Below are positions 13,791 to 23,867 of a stretch of 24,000 bases of DNA, one piece after another. Made by a program: the position numbers and the translations under genes. Position 1 is the stretch's first letter. Every line of letters begins with the position of its first letter. Under the pieces are notes generated by a model. It was not told the origin of the DNA. It ran no database searches and was given only the letters and a program-made list of their open reading frames with translations. The stretch comes from Balneolaceae bacterium (GTDB lineage Bacteria > Bacteroidota > Rhodothermia > Balneolales > Balneolaceae): contig OZ243096.1 in NCBI GenBank assembly GCA_965212165.1, forward strand, positions 2,850,048-2,874,047, read 5' to 3'.

Positions 13791-16460
13791 TTATTTAATG
13801 CTTTTAAGTAGAATTTCATTCACCATTTCTAATGCTTCTGTAAGTTTCTCTGGATTTCGTCCTCCTGCAGTTGCAAGATTGGGTTGGCCTCCACCTCCTC
13901 CGCCTACTAATCTACCCAATTGCCCAACTAGCGCGCCTGCTTTTAATCCTTTTCCCTTTATCAAATCATCAGTTACTGCGACCATTAGGAATACTTTTCC
14001 TTCAGATTCATCTTTAGACCCAAGCACAGTTACTGTGCTTTTTGAAGATTTTTGGAGAGCGTCATAACCTAATTGCTTAAGTACATTCATATCGGCGCCA
14101 GTAATTTCTCCTTTTACTAAAGTAACGTCAGCATTTATAATCTCTGAAGCATTTAACAATTCATCTAACTTTGCGCCAGTATTCTGTAGGTTTAGCTTCT
14201 CTAATTCCTTTTCTAATGCCTTTTTATCTTCTTGTAGTTTATGAATACTAGTAACGAGATCATCAGTTTGACCTATTAAAGATTTAATAGTTTGTAGTGT
14301 ATGTTTCTCATTTCTGATGAGTTTATCTGCTGCTTTTCCTACAACAGCTTCAATCCTTCTAATTCCAGCAGCAGCAGAGCTTTCGTGAATAAACCTGAAA
14401 TATCCGATTTCTCCTGTTGCACCAACATGAGTTCCACCACAAAGTTCAACTGAATAATCTTCATCAAAGGTGATAACTCGTACATAATCACCATATTTCT
14501 CACCAAACAACATCATGGCACCTTTTTCGCGAGCTTCCTCTATTGGCACATCTCGTTCTTCAGTAAGAGGAATATTCTCTTGTATCTTTGCATTTACTTG
14601 AGCTTCAACTTCTTCCAATTGCGTTGAACTCATTGCTTCATAATGTGAGAAATCAAATCTTAAGTGGTGCTCATTAACTAATGAACCTTTCTGTGCAACA
14701 TGATCTCCTAAAACATCTCGAAGGGCAGCATGAGCAATATGGGTAGCTGAGTGGTGTTTTTGAATCTCTAGTCTTCTGTTGATGTCGATTGTAGCCGTCC
14801 AACTTCCCTCTAAGTTATCTGGAAGCTTTTCAGTGTAATGTGAAAAACCAATTGAACCTTTTTTAACATCAACTATATGTATAAACTCATCACCATTAGT
14901 TAATAATCCAGTATCTGCAACCTGTCCACCGCTTTCAGCATAAAATGGAGTTTTTGTAAGTCTGAGAGCAAAAAGATTACCTTCTTTTCTATATGATGCG
15001 ATTTCAACTTCAGCTTCAAAATCATCATATCCAATAAACTCAAAGCTAAAATCTTTTTGTAACTGGATCCAATCTCCACTTTCATTATGATCAACTCCAA
15101 ATTTACCAGCAGCACGAGCTCTGTCTTTTTGCTCTTGCATATTCTTAGTGAATCCATCAACATCAACTTCGACACCTTTTTCACGCGCCATTAATTGTGT
15201 CAAATCTATTGGGAATCCATAGGTATCATGAAGTTTGAAAGCATCTTCACCGGATAGTGTTTTGCCACCTTTCAGCATTTCGTTGAAAATATCTATACCC
15301 TGCCCAAGAGTTTTGAGGAAACTTTTTTCTTCTGCTCGCACTACATTTGTGATGTATTCTTGTTGAGCCAGAACCTCAGGAAATACGTCCTTAAATTGAT
15401 TAGCTAGCACATCTACAAGCTTGTACATGAATGGTTCTTTAAAGCCCAATTTATCCCATCCATAGCGAATTGCTCTACGCTGTATTCGACGAATTACATA
15501 ACCTCTACCATCATTACCTGGTGAAGCACCATCTGCAATTGAAAATACGACAGCTCTTATATGATCAGCAATTACCCTAGTTGCAATATCTTTTTCTTCA
15601 TTATTTCCATACTTAACTTCTGCTAACTTCGATATCTCATTAAGTAGTGGAGTAAATACATCCGAATCATAATTGGAGGTTTTACCCTGTAATACAGCAC
15701 AAACACGTTCGAATCCCATTCCAGTGTCAACATGCTGTGCGGGAAGTGTTTTTAATGATGAATCTGAACCACGGTTGAATTGAATAAAAACAAGATTCCA
15801 GATTTCCATCACTCTTGGATCATCTTTATTTACAAGCGATGCACCGTCTTCTTTTTCTCGCTCTTCATCTGAGCGTAAATCGATATGAAGCTCAGAACAA
15901 GGCCCACATGGTCCAGTGTCACCCATTTCCCAAAAATTATCTTTCTTACCAAATTTGAGGATATGATCATGAGCAATAGAAGTTTCACTTTTCCAAAATT
16001 CTATTGCTTCTTCATCAACTGGCAATCCATCTTCATCATCGCCACCAAATACAGTAGCATATAATCGGTCAGGTTTCATACCCCAACGCTCAACCAATAA
16101 CTCCCAAGCCCATGCAATGGCATCTTTTTTGAAATAGTCTCCAAATGACCAATTACCTAGCATTTCGAATAAGGTATGATGATAAGTATCATGACCTACT
16201 TCTTCTAAGTCATTGTGTTTTCCGCTTACACGAATACATTTTTGGGTATCGGCCGCCCTATTCCATAATTTACCTTCATGATTTAATGCTTTCTCTTCGC
16301 CTAAAAAAATAGGCTTGAATTGATTCATTCCAGCATTGGTGAACAGTAATGTAGGATCATCATTGGGCACAACGGGTGCACTATCTACAATTGCGTGTTC
16401 TTTCTCTGCGAAGAATTCCAGAAATTCATTTCTGATTTGGGAAGAAGTCTTAATGGACAT
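13791..16460 (-). CDS. alaS: Alanine--tRNA ligase
   Basis: 889 aa. N-terminal IRNEFLEFF..K.H..V.S.P.VP.DDPTLLFTNAGMNQFK. Editing-domain HSATHIAHAALR and CGGTHV motifs. C-terminal DHHA1-type GGGGGGQPNLATAGG. Confidence 0.97.
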   Translation of the reverse strand: MSIKTSSQIRNEFLEFFAEKEHAIVDSAPVVPNDDPTLLFTNAGMNQFKPIFLGEEKALNHEGKLWNRAADTQKCIRVSGKHNDLEEVGHDTYHHTLFEMLGNWSFGDYFKKDAIAWAWELLVERWGMKPDRLYATVFGGDDEDGLPVDEEAIEFWKSETSIAHDHILKFGKKDNFWEMGDTGPCGPCSELHIDLRSDEEREKEDGASLVNKDDPRVMEIWNLVFIQFNRGSDSSLKTLPAQHVDTGMGFERVCAVLQGKTSNYDSDVFTPLLNEISKLAEVKYGNNEEKDIATRVIADHIRAVVFSIADGASPGNDGRGYVIRRIQRRAIRYGWDKLGFKEPFMYKLVDVLANQFKDVFPEVLAQQEYITNVVRAEEKSFLKTLGQGIDIFNEMLKGGKTLSGEDAFKLHDTYGFPIDLTQLMAREKGVEVDVDGFTKNMQEQKDRARAAGKFGVDHNESGDWIQLQKDFSFEFIGYDDFEAEVEIASYRKEGNLFALRLTKTPFYAESGGQVADTGLLTNGDEFIHIVDVKKGSIGFSHYTEKLPDNLEGSWTATIDINRRLEIQKHHSATHIAHAALRDVLGDHVAQKGSLVNEHHLRFDFSHYEAMSSTQLEEVEAQVNAKIQENIPLTEERDVPIEEAREKGAMMLFGEKYGDYVRVITFDEDYSVELCGGTHVGATGEIGYFRFIHESSAAAGIRRIEAVVGKAADKLIRNEKHTLQTIKSLIGQTDDLVTSIHKLQEDKKALEKELEKLNLQNTGAKLDELLNASEIINADVTLVKGEITGADMNVLKQLGYDALQKSSKSTVTVLGSKDESEGKVFLMVAVTDDLIKGKGLKAGALVGQLGRLVGGGGGGQPNLATAGGRNPEKLTEALEMVNEILLKSIK

Positions 16461-16577
16461 TAATTTGTGCTGTAGAAATTTTGAATTTTAGGGTTGTGAA
16501 GATAGAAAATTTCCAACTCTAACTCATGGAACTAATTGTGTTAGCTTAAGGTACCAACTAATAACAAACAAAAAGTG

Positions 16578-17153
16578 ATGAAAACGATACTAAATTATTT
16601 TTTAAGAGGAATGCTAATTGTATTTCCTCTTGGTGCTACCATTTATTTGGTAAGCATTACCATCAATTGGGTGAATAGTATTTTTAATGATTTATTTTTC
16701 AGTTGGTTTGAACTGGATATTCCTGGTTTAGGAATCCTTTCTGGTTTTATAATCATTTCTGTGATTGGCTTCTTATTTACTAGAGCATTTACAAAACCAA
16801 TTGTTAATCTATTCGAAAGTTTATTTACTAGAACCCCTCTAGTGAGTATAGTTTATACATCTTTAAAAGATTTAACAGAGGCATTTGTTGGTGATAAAAA
16901 GAAATTCACTGAACCAGTGAAGATTCAATTTGGTGAAATGGGAATAACTAGGTTTGGGTTTATCACACAAAAATCATTAGTAAATCTAGGAATTGAAGAT
17001 CAAGTAGCTGTTTACTGCCCTCATTCATATAACTTTTCTGGAAACCTTTATATAGTTCCAAAAGAAAGTGTAACTCCTATTGAAGTTGAACCTGCTGATT
17101 TTATGAGATTCATCGTATCAGGTGGTGTTACGGGTTTGTCCAAAAAGGGATAA
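16578..17153 (+). CDS. DUF502-family membrane protein
   Basis: N-terminal LNYFLRGMLIVFPLGATIYLV followed by a second TM helix, then a soluble C-terminal half. This matches my recollection of the DUF502 layout. The ATG at 16578 follows the GTG at 16575 used by the ORF track. Confidence 0.65.
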   Translation: MKTILNYFLRGMLIVFPLGATIYLVSITINWVNSIFNDLFFSWFELDIPGLGILSGFIIISVIGFLFTRAFTKPIVNLFESLFTRTPLVSIVYTSLKDLTEAFVGDKKKFTEPVKIQFGEMGITRFGFITQKSLVNLGIEDQVAVYCPHSYNFSGNLYIVPKESVTPIEVEPADFMRFIVSGGVTGLSKKG

Positions 17154-17224
17154 AGAAATGTCTTTTTGAATAAACAGTTTAACAGTATTATAATTCAAGC
17201 AAATTACTAACTATCCTTTCAGCT

Positions 17225-18952
17225 ATGAAAAAGCTTATTTCGTTAATTCTCTTTTTAATCATCAATTTTATATCTGAACCTCTTATGGCACAAATAGATC
17301 GAGAAGCTGGAAATATGATTTCAACCCGTTCTGAGGTAATTTCCCAGCGGGGAATGGTGGCAACTAGTCAACCATTAGCTACTCAGGTTGGACTCCAAAT
17401 CTTAAAGAATGGTGGAAACGCTATCGATGCTGCTATTGGTGCAAATGCAGCTATGGGACTAATGGAACCTACGGGGAATGGAATCGGAGGAGATCTATTC
17501 GCTATTATCTGGCATCAAGAAAGTGGACAATTATATGCGCTTAATGCAAGTGGACGCTCTCCATTGAGCCTTTCGTATGATCGTTTGATGCAAATTTTGG
17601 AAGAAAAAGGCGAAGATGATATTCCTGCTTATGATCTTCTTTCTGTTTCTGTACCCGGAGCAATAGATGGATGGTTTACCATGCATGAGCGATTTGGAAA
17701 AGCATCTATGGTGGATATTCTTTCTGAACCTATTTGGTATGCTGAAAATGGGTTCCCAGTCAGTGAGGCCATATCGGCATCCTGGAAAAGAAGTGCTCCC
17801 CTTCTTAGTAGTCAGGTCGGGGCTTTCAAAGAGACTTTTACATTTGATGGTCGTGGCCCTGAGAAAGGTGAAATCTTTAAAAATCCTGATCTTGGAAATA
17901 CCTTTAGACTTCTTGCTGAGCAAGGAAAAGATGCTTTTTATAGAGGTGAGATCACCCGAAAAATAGACACATGGATGAAGGAAAATAATGGTTATCTCCG
18001 ATATGAAGATTTTGATAATCACATTTCTAACTGGGTGGAACCTCAGACTGTTAATTATCGAGGATATGATGTATATCAAGTTGGTGGAAACGTGCAAGGG
18101 ACCGCTGTGCTTCAAATGCTAAACATTTTGGAAGGCTATGATCTAAAAGAAACTGGGTTTGCTACAGCCGAAACCTTCCACCTATTTATTGAAGCCAAAA
18201 AACTTGCATTCGAAGACCGTGCTAAGCACTACACAGACCCTACATTCTACGATATTCCATACGAAAAACTACTTTCTAAAGAATATGCCGATGAACGAAG
18301 AGAATTGATTGGTGAAACTGCCCGAAAAGATATTACTACAGGTGTTGATGTACTTGAAGATGGGGATACTATATACCTAACCACTGCTGATAGTGAAGGA
18401 AATATGGTTTCTTTGATTCAGAGTAACTTCAGAGGAATGGGAACTGGATTTGTGGTACCAGGAACAGGGTTTAGCTTTCAAAATCGAGGCGAATTATTTT
18501 CCTTGGATCCAAAACATCCGAACGTATATGAACCTGGTAAACGACCTTTCCACACTATCATTCCTGGATTTGTAATGAAAGACGGCGAACCATTTATGAC
18601 CCTAGGAAATATGGGAGGTGCATATCAACCAATGGGGCATGTAAGCTTAATAACTAATGTCATTGATTTTGGTATGAATATGCAGCAAGCTGGTGATGCT
18701 TTACGTTGGGAACACTCTGGTTCAACTCAACCCACTGATAGTTTTGATAAAAGCCTGACTGATGTCGGCTTGGTAAGTATTGAATCATCCATCGATTACC
18801 AAGTCGTTCGCGACCTTGAAGCTATGGGTCATAAGGTTCAGATTGGACATAGTTTTTTTGGGCGATTTCAAGCTATAATGAGAAACCTTGAAACAGGAGT
18901 GTATTATGGAGCATCTGAGTCTCGAGTGGATGGACAGGCCGCAGGATACTAA
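17225..18952 (+). CDS. ggt: Gamma-glutamyltransferase
   Basis: Signal peptide. GMVATSQPLATQVGLQILKNGGNAIDAAI. Autoprocessing/nucleophile region DGDTIYLTTADSEGNMVSLIQSN. Also PGKRPFHTIIP and GGAYQPMGH. Confidence 0.95.
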   Translation: MKKLISLILFLIINFISEPLMAQIDREAGNMISTRSEVISQRGMVATSQPLATQVGLQILKNGGNAIDAAIGANAAMGLMEPTGNGIGGDLFAIIWHQESGQLYALNASGRSPLSLSYDRLMQILEEKGEDDIPAYDLLSVSVPGAIDGWFTMHERFGKASMVDILSEPIWYAENGFPVSEAISASWKRSAPLLSSQVGAFKETFTFDGRGPEKGEIFKNPDLGNTFRLLAEQGKDAFYRGEITRKIDTWMKENNGYLRYEDFDNHISNWVEPQTVNYRGYDVYQVGGNVQGTAVLQMLNILEGYDLKETGFATAETFHLFIEAKKLAFEDRAKHYTDPTFYDIPYEKLLSKEYADERRELIGETARKDITTGVDVLEDGDTIYLTTADSEGNMVSLIQSNFRGMGTGFVVPGTGFSFQNRGELFSLDPKHPNVYEPGKRPFHTIIPGFVMKDGEPFMTLGNMGGAYQPMGHVSLITNVIDFGMNMQQAGDALRWEHSGSTQPTDSFDKSLTDVGLVSIESSIDYQVVRDLEAMGHKVQIGHSFFGRFQAIMRNLETGVYYGASESRVDGQAAGY

Positions 18953-19872
18953 TACACTTCTTCGAATGTCCTTGTTGAAGGTTTGATCAAGGTTTTCACT
19001 TCTTCCCAACTCCATTCTGAAGGTTCTTTAGTTGCTATTTCCCCTTTCAAAAGTAAATAATCAAGAAATCCTTTCTTTGCTAGATTGTGATAAATTCCTG
19101 ATTCCATCCCCTTCATTCCACATAAATATATGAGTGTGTTATCTTTACCAAGAATGGGACTTAAAATCTCTTCATGGTCATCAATCGCTGTTTGCACATA
19201 ATATTTACTGCCATCTGCTCTGCGATCTTCTCTTGAAATCATTTTGATATAATGGAAATTTTCATATTTCTCTTCCATTTCGTTAAAGTACTTTGGATAG
19301 ATTACATCGGTTCTGTAAGGACATCCAAAAACTAGAGCTACATCACCTTTAAAACCTGATTCGAACAATTCTATAATCATTCCTCTGAATGGAGCAATAC
19401 CTGTACCAGTAGCGAAAAATACATAATTGAAATCATCAACATTTTCAGGAAGTAAATATCTACGACCACTTGGCCCTGTTACTTTAACTTTATCTCCAGG
19501 CTTTAAATTACATATGTAATTTGAACACACTCCCATATAAAAAGTGCCATCAACTTCATCCATTGCTCTTTTTACTGTTGTAGAAACTAAGTGCTTTTTA
19601 CCTCCCTCTCCTGCAGAAGGTGAAGAAACTGAATACAATCTTAACTTATGAGGTCTTCCTTTTTCATTTTCTCCTGGAGGTAAAACTCCAATTGATTGCC
19701 CAACTCTAAACCTCCCTTCTAAGTCTGTTCCTGAAATATCAAAAGTAATATGTCGGATAATATTTGGACTACTTTCTGATGTACATACATAATTTTCAAC
19801 TATAGTAGCTTCTGCCGGCGATTTTGGCGAATAAATATTTAGTTCAACTTCGGGTAAAATTATTTCAGGCAT
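18949..19872 (-). CDS. Ferredoxin--NADP(+) reductase, plant type
   Basis: RLYSVSS (the RxYS FAD-binding motif), GVCSNYICNLKPGD, and FFATGTGIAPFRG (NADP-binding). The ORF track extends to a TTG at 19914; the ATG at 19872 (MPEIILPEV) is preferred. Its stop overlaps the ggt stop by 4 nt. Confidence 0.85.
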   Translation of the reverse strand: MPEIILPEVELNIYSPKSPAEATIVENYVCTSESSPNIIRHITFDISGTDLEGRFRVGQSIGVLPPGENEKGRPHKLRLYSVSSPSAGEGGKKHLVSTTVKRAMDEVDGTFYMGVCSNYICNLKPGDKVKVTGPSGRRYLLPENVDDFNYVFFATGTGIAPFRGMIIELFESGFKGDVALVFGCPYRTDVIYPKYFNEMEEKYENFHYIKMISREDRRADGSKYYVQTAIDDHEEILSPILGKDNTLIYLCGMKGMESGIYHNLAKKGFLDYLLLKGEIATKEPSEWSWEEVKTLIKPSTRTFEEVY

Positions 19873-19971
19873 GGGTTTGGTAATTGAGTTCAGATATAAA
19901 AAAATCTCAATCAAGCTAATGATTGAGATTCCTAAAATAAACAGTCTTTATTTAGTTTTTATGAAGAAAAA

Positions 19972-20748
19972 TTATTGATTGCTTATTCTGTATCTAACCA
20001 ATTCATCAATCGATGGTCTTTCTCTTCTTTCTTCAATCAAAGTTTCTGCAAGTCCATCCGTTACTTCTACACTTCTAAGTCTCATTAAGTTTTCTTTAGA
20101 AAGTTCTTCCAAAGTATAACCAAGATCCATCATTCTACTAGTAAAGTTTGCTGTCACTCCATTTCTTCGAGTTTCTGCAACTTCATCTGCAGTAAATGTA
20201 TACCCTAGTTCTTTCATCATTCTTGCATAAGTGGGACTTGCGTCTGCATTTTCTAATGCAATTAATTGTTCTACAGTAATATCTGAATATCCAATATCTT
20301 GAAATTGAGCGATTTCTGGGGCTCTAACTCCTGCTCTACTCAGTTCTCTCACTTCTTCTAGAGTAAGTGCGCTTAAACCAATGTCATGTAATCTTTGAGT
20401 TTCCGTTGCAGTCACACCATCATCGCGTAAGCTCGATAATTCTTCAACAGAAAGTGTTCCATATCCAAGTTCTTGCATCCACTCACCCATCCCTGCAATC
20501 AATTCTGGATCATACTCATTAAATGAATCAACCATTTCCGATATTGGGTTTTCGAAATCAGCAAAAAAGGTGCTCACTCTATTCCCAGCATAAAATAAAA
20601 GTGTAGCTAAAAAAGCAATTACCAAGATATAATTCGCTGTTTTGGAGCCGCCTGAAGTTGATTTAGATGTTACTCCTAGACCTGAATCTTCTGTCTCATT
20701 TTCAAGGTCTTTTAAGTCGTTTTTAAGATTTCTGAATTTAGTACTCAT
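19972..20748 (-). CDS. Membrane-anchored protein with five degenerate tandem repeats of about 30 aa; function unknown
   Basis: The ATG at 20748 (MSTKFRNLKND) is preferred to the TTG at 20769. One TM helix (YILVIAFLATLLFYAG). The repeat has the form x-[ED]-[LI]-G-[YL]-x(2-3)-[LIF]-[ST]-x-[ED]-[EQ]-[LV]-x(3-4)-R-x-x-G-V-[TR]-A and spans about 20035-20487. Confidence 0.6.
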   Translation of the reverse strand: MSTKFRNLKNDLKDLENETEDSGLGVTSKSTSGGSKTANYILVIAFLATLLFYAGNRVSTFFADFENPISEMVDSFNEYDPELIAGMGEWMQELGYGTLSVEELSSLRDDGVTATETQRLHDIGLSALTLEEVRELSRAGVRAPEIAQFQDIGYSDITVEQLIALENADASPTYARMMKELGYTFTADEVAETRRNGVTANFTSRMMDLGYTLEELSKENLMRLRSVEVTDGLAETLIEERRERPSIDELVRYRISNQ

Positions 20749-20817
20749 ATATAGCCCATAGATTTGCAAAACCGATACGTATTAATGAGTAGAAAGATGC
20801 ACAAATTGAAGCTAATT

Positions 20818-21192
20818 TTAAACTAAGTTTATTGAATTAGTAAGTTCAGCCATTGTAAATGGTTTTGTTATTAGATCAATAAACTCAGTAGCTTTTGCTC
20901 TTTCGTAATTTAGTTTATCAGAATTCCCCGTTATGTATATAACAGAAGTAGAAATATTCTTCTTGATAGCTGTTACTGCCTGAATCCCGTCCATTTCTCC
21001 TTTTAGCCTAACATCCATTAAGATTAGATCGGGTTTATGTGCCTCAGCTATTTCAATTGCTTCTTCACCAGATGTAGCTTTTCCTATAACTTCATGACCT
21101 AGTTTTAAAATCATACTTTCAATTACTAGTGAGATAATCATATCATCTTCACCAATCAATACTCGTTTTTTATCTTTTAATAATTCACTCAA
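20818..21192 (-). CDS. Response regulator, receiver domain only (CheY-like)
   Basis: KRVLIGEDD (acidic pocket), PDLILMDVRL (phospho-acceptor Asp), VIYITGN and KPF. There is no output domain. The start is a TTG. Confidence 0.85.
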   Translation of the reverse strand: MSELLKDKKRVLIGEDDMIISLVIESMILKLGHEVIGKATSGEEAIEIAEAHKPDLILMDVRLKGEMDGIQAVTAIKKNISTSVIYITGNSDKLNYERAKATEFIDLITKPFTMAELTNSINLV

Positions 21193-21304
21193 TGTAATAT
21201 CAATATACTTTTTGATTCTGAATTTAATTTAGACTTCATTAATGAGAGTGGAATTAGTGAATAGTTACAATTTCCTCCTGATAATAGAATTTAATTTGAT
21301 CTTT

Positions 21305-22162
21305 CTATAAATCTATATCTTCATTTATTGGTACAACTGAAAGCAGTAATCCATCAATTACATCAATATTTGCAAACCACCCTTCAAAAGAATCATTGGT
21401 ATATGAAATTGGAACTTTCCAAGTTTTTCTTAATTCTAGTGTCTGATCGTTAATAAAAGGTAAATATTCAAAAATTGGAGTTTTCTGTAAATGCATATCC
21501 GTTACTTCAAAAACAATATTTTCACCTGTGAAAGGGAGCATATCAATCTGCCAACCGATCATAATTTTTTGAGCTTCCAAATAACCTACATTGATAAGTC
21601 CTGGACTCTTAAAATCGGGATACCAGTTGCCCCAAATCCGATTAACCCCAACTGAGTCGATGAACACAGTAAGCTCTGTATCTCTAACTTCAGAATTCCC
21701 AATTTTTTGTATACCAAATGAAATTTTATACTCTAATGGAACACTATTCTCTTCAGGCCCTTCGCAAATAATACATCCGTATAAAGGAACAATATCTGTT
21801 ACTTCTAAAGCGCTAGTATCAGTTACATTTGTATAGATTTTATTTTTTAAGAGAGAACTTTTAGATTTTGTGATTAGAGAATCAGAATAAAAAATTTCCT
21901 TCCGAACAATCTCTCTACTTAAACAAGGGTTTTCATCATTTGGAAATAGAACTCGGCTAAAACCTGTGTATCCATATTCATTTAATGTGGAACAAATGTG
22001 ACCATCATTCTCAAGCTTATATGTTTCATTTAGCGCAACTAATTCTTCCAGTTCTAGTGGTTCAATTTTAACAGGATAGTTGGTAAAATCGGCTACTTCT
22101 AGCACGTCGCAAGAAGCTGCAACGTATGATATGAGAATAAAAGCGAAAATATATAGCTTCAA
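21305..22162 (-). CDS. Hypothetical lipoprotein
   Basis: TTG start. Signal with lipobox MKLYIFAFILISYVAASC|D. I recognise no family motif. Confidence 0.55.
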   Translation of the reverse strand: MKLYIFAFILISYVAASCDVLEVADFTNYPVKIEPLELEELVALNETYKLENDGHICSTLNEYGYTGFSRVLFPNDENPCLSREIVRKEIFYSDSLITKSKSSLLKNKIYTNVTDTSALEVTDIVPLYGCIICEGPEENSVPLEYKISFGIQKIGNSEVRDTELTVFIDSVGVNRIWGNWYPDFKSPGLINVGYLEAQKIMIGWQIDMLPFTGENIVFEVTDMHLQKTPIFEYLPFINDQTLELRKTWKVPISYTNDSFEGWFANIDVIDGLLLSVVPINEDIDL

Positions 22163-22308
22163 CTTTTTAAAAAAGGTTTATGTAAATAATATAGTAATTC
22201 TTGTAGCTTTACTATGTTAATAAGCATTCATATTCATTAATTTATTTTCATAAATAGTAGGATTTATAAGTTCTTTTTTCACTAAAGTTAGAAGTTTAAA
22301 AATTAATT

Positions 22309-23469
22309 TTGAGTAGCAAGAATAAGAAGATTTCAATTATAGGTGCAGGTGCTTCAGGTATTTCTTGTGCATTGATTTTAACGAAATTTGGGTACGATGT
22401 TACCATTTATACCAAGGATAAACCCTTTAGTAAATCAGTCTCCTCATTATTTGTAAGTCGGTATCCTGCTGCATCTATTATACCACATTCTGTTACGCAC
22501 CCTAATGTTAAAACTCTATTCAAGAGTAGTTTTTCCTATTTTAAGAAACTCTTTAATTCAGATTTTCCTGGTTTAAAAGTTCATAAGCATTATGAACTAT
22601 TCTCCAACAGAAAAGAAATACCATTCTATCATGATCAAATGTATAAGTTCCATCTAATAGAACGGTTTGATCAAATTGGAATACCAAAACACCCTGAAAT
22701 AACTCTTTTATCTGGTTGGGAATTTGAATGTTTTTTCGCTGATTGGAACATATATTTTCAAGCACTTATTAATGAATTTGAACAATTAGGTGGGGTTATC
22801 ATAGAGAAAGAAATTGATCATAAAGAAATTACTTCAATTGAATCTGATATTGTAATTAACTGTGCTGAAATAAATGGTCCAAAAATTGCCGGTGAAAATT
22901 TTAATCCAGTTTTATATAGAGGACACTTAATTCATATAAAAGACGCTCCTTATATTACCGATAATAATGGAATGCCCATTTCTTATAATTTAACTCCCCC
23001 TTTAAATTTGTATAAGTCAGAAAATGGAAATCCTCAAGACTTGTATTTATATCCAAGACAAGATGGATGGATATTAGGCGGAAGTAGACAAATAGGAACT
23101 TTATCAAATGATGGAAAATGGATCGGTGAAGAAGTGATTGAACGATCTCAAGATTTGAATGGTACTTCATTTCCAAAACAGATTCTTGCATTACAACAAC
23201 CAATTATCAAAGAAACTTTTGGATTTGATTTAGATTCGTTCCCTAAAATAACTCTTAACGTCGGTTATCGTTTTATGGGAAATAATAATGAAGGGTTAAG
23301 ATTAGAATCAGAAGAGAAGTTTGGCAAACTTTTAATTCATAATTATGGCCATGGTGGTTCTGGTGTTGCTCTTAGCTGGGGATGTGCTTTGGAAGTAGCT
23401 TCTTTAGTTAATAAGAAGACAATTAGTAGAGGTTTGGAACTAGAAAACGTTAGTTCATTCTTCAATTAA
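22309..23469 (+). CDS. FAD-dependent oxidoreductase of the D-amino-acid oxidase (DAO) family
   Basis: N-terminal Rossmann motif KISIIGAGASGISCAL. C-terminal HNYGHGGSGVALSWGCA, characteristic of DAAO-type enzymes. The start is a TTG. Confidence 0.8.
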   Translation: MSSKNKKISIIGAGASGISCALILTKFGYDVTIYTKDKPFSKSVSSLFVSRYPAASIIPHSVTHPNVKTLFKSSFSYFKKLFNSDFPGLKVHKHYELFSNRKEIPFYHDQMYKFHLIERFDQIGIPKHPEITLLSGWEFECFFADWNIYFQALINEFEQLGGVIIEKEIDHKEITSIESDIVINCAEINGPKIAGENFNPVLYRGHLIHIKDAPYITDNNGMPISYNLTPPLNLYKSENGNPQDLYLYPRQDGWILGGSRQIGTLSNDGKWIGEEVIERSQDLNGTSFPKQILALQQPIIKETFGFDLDSFPKITLNVGYRFMGNNNEGLRLESEEKFGKLLIHNYGHGGSGVALSWGCALEVASLVNKKTISRGLELENVSSFFN

Positions 23470-23867
23470 GAAGACGCTGTTTTTTTAAATTTGTAATTTA
23501 GCCAATGACCTCTGATCAGCATTAAACTACCAATTAATGTGATGCCTGCTTCACCATATTCACCAAGATTTTCATTAAAAAACCAGGCTAAAAAAATTAC
23601 TAATACTCCACCTACTAAGAAAAAAGTAATCATCCTTGAATCATGTCTTTTTCTTAATGAAAGTATAACTGTAGGCGCAATTGCTAGGAAGAAAAATAGA
23701 TGTGTATATCCATGGAGTTCTTCAAAAGCCGGCCAAAGAGGTATCAGAGAAACTATTACAGGTACTAGTAAACAATGAATAGCACAAATACCTGATAGTG
23801 CAATACCCACTCTATCCCAAAAACCGGGCTTGTTAATTTCTTGATCGTTTAGTTTCAGCTTATCCAT
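23466..23867 (-). CDS. MerC-domain-like small membrane protein
   Basis: 133 aa with about 4 TM helices. N-terminal DRVGIALSGICAIHCLLVPVI (a Cys-x-x-His-Cys segment). C-terminal GSLMLIRGHWLNYK, as I recall for MerC-domain proteins of Bacteroidota. The assignment is from memory only. Confidence 0.45.
   Translation of the reverse strand: MDKLKLNDQEINKPGFWDRVGIALSGICAIHCLLVPVIVSLIPLWPAFEELHGYTHLFFFLAIAPTVILSLRKRHDSRMITFFLVGGVLVIFLAWFFNENLGEYGEAGITLIGSLMLIRGHWLNYKFKKTASS

Noticed and set aside
13786-14067. 93-aa plus-strand ORF with a PPPPPP run overlapping the 3' end of alaS
   Set aside because: It is the antisense shadow of the alaS C-terminal GGGGGG (DHHA1) region. The poly-Pro is simply the complement of the Gly codons.
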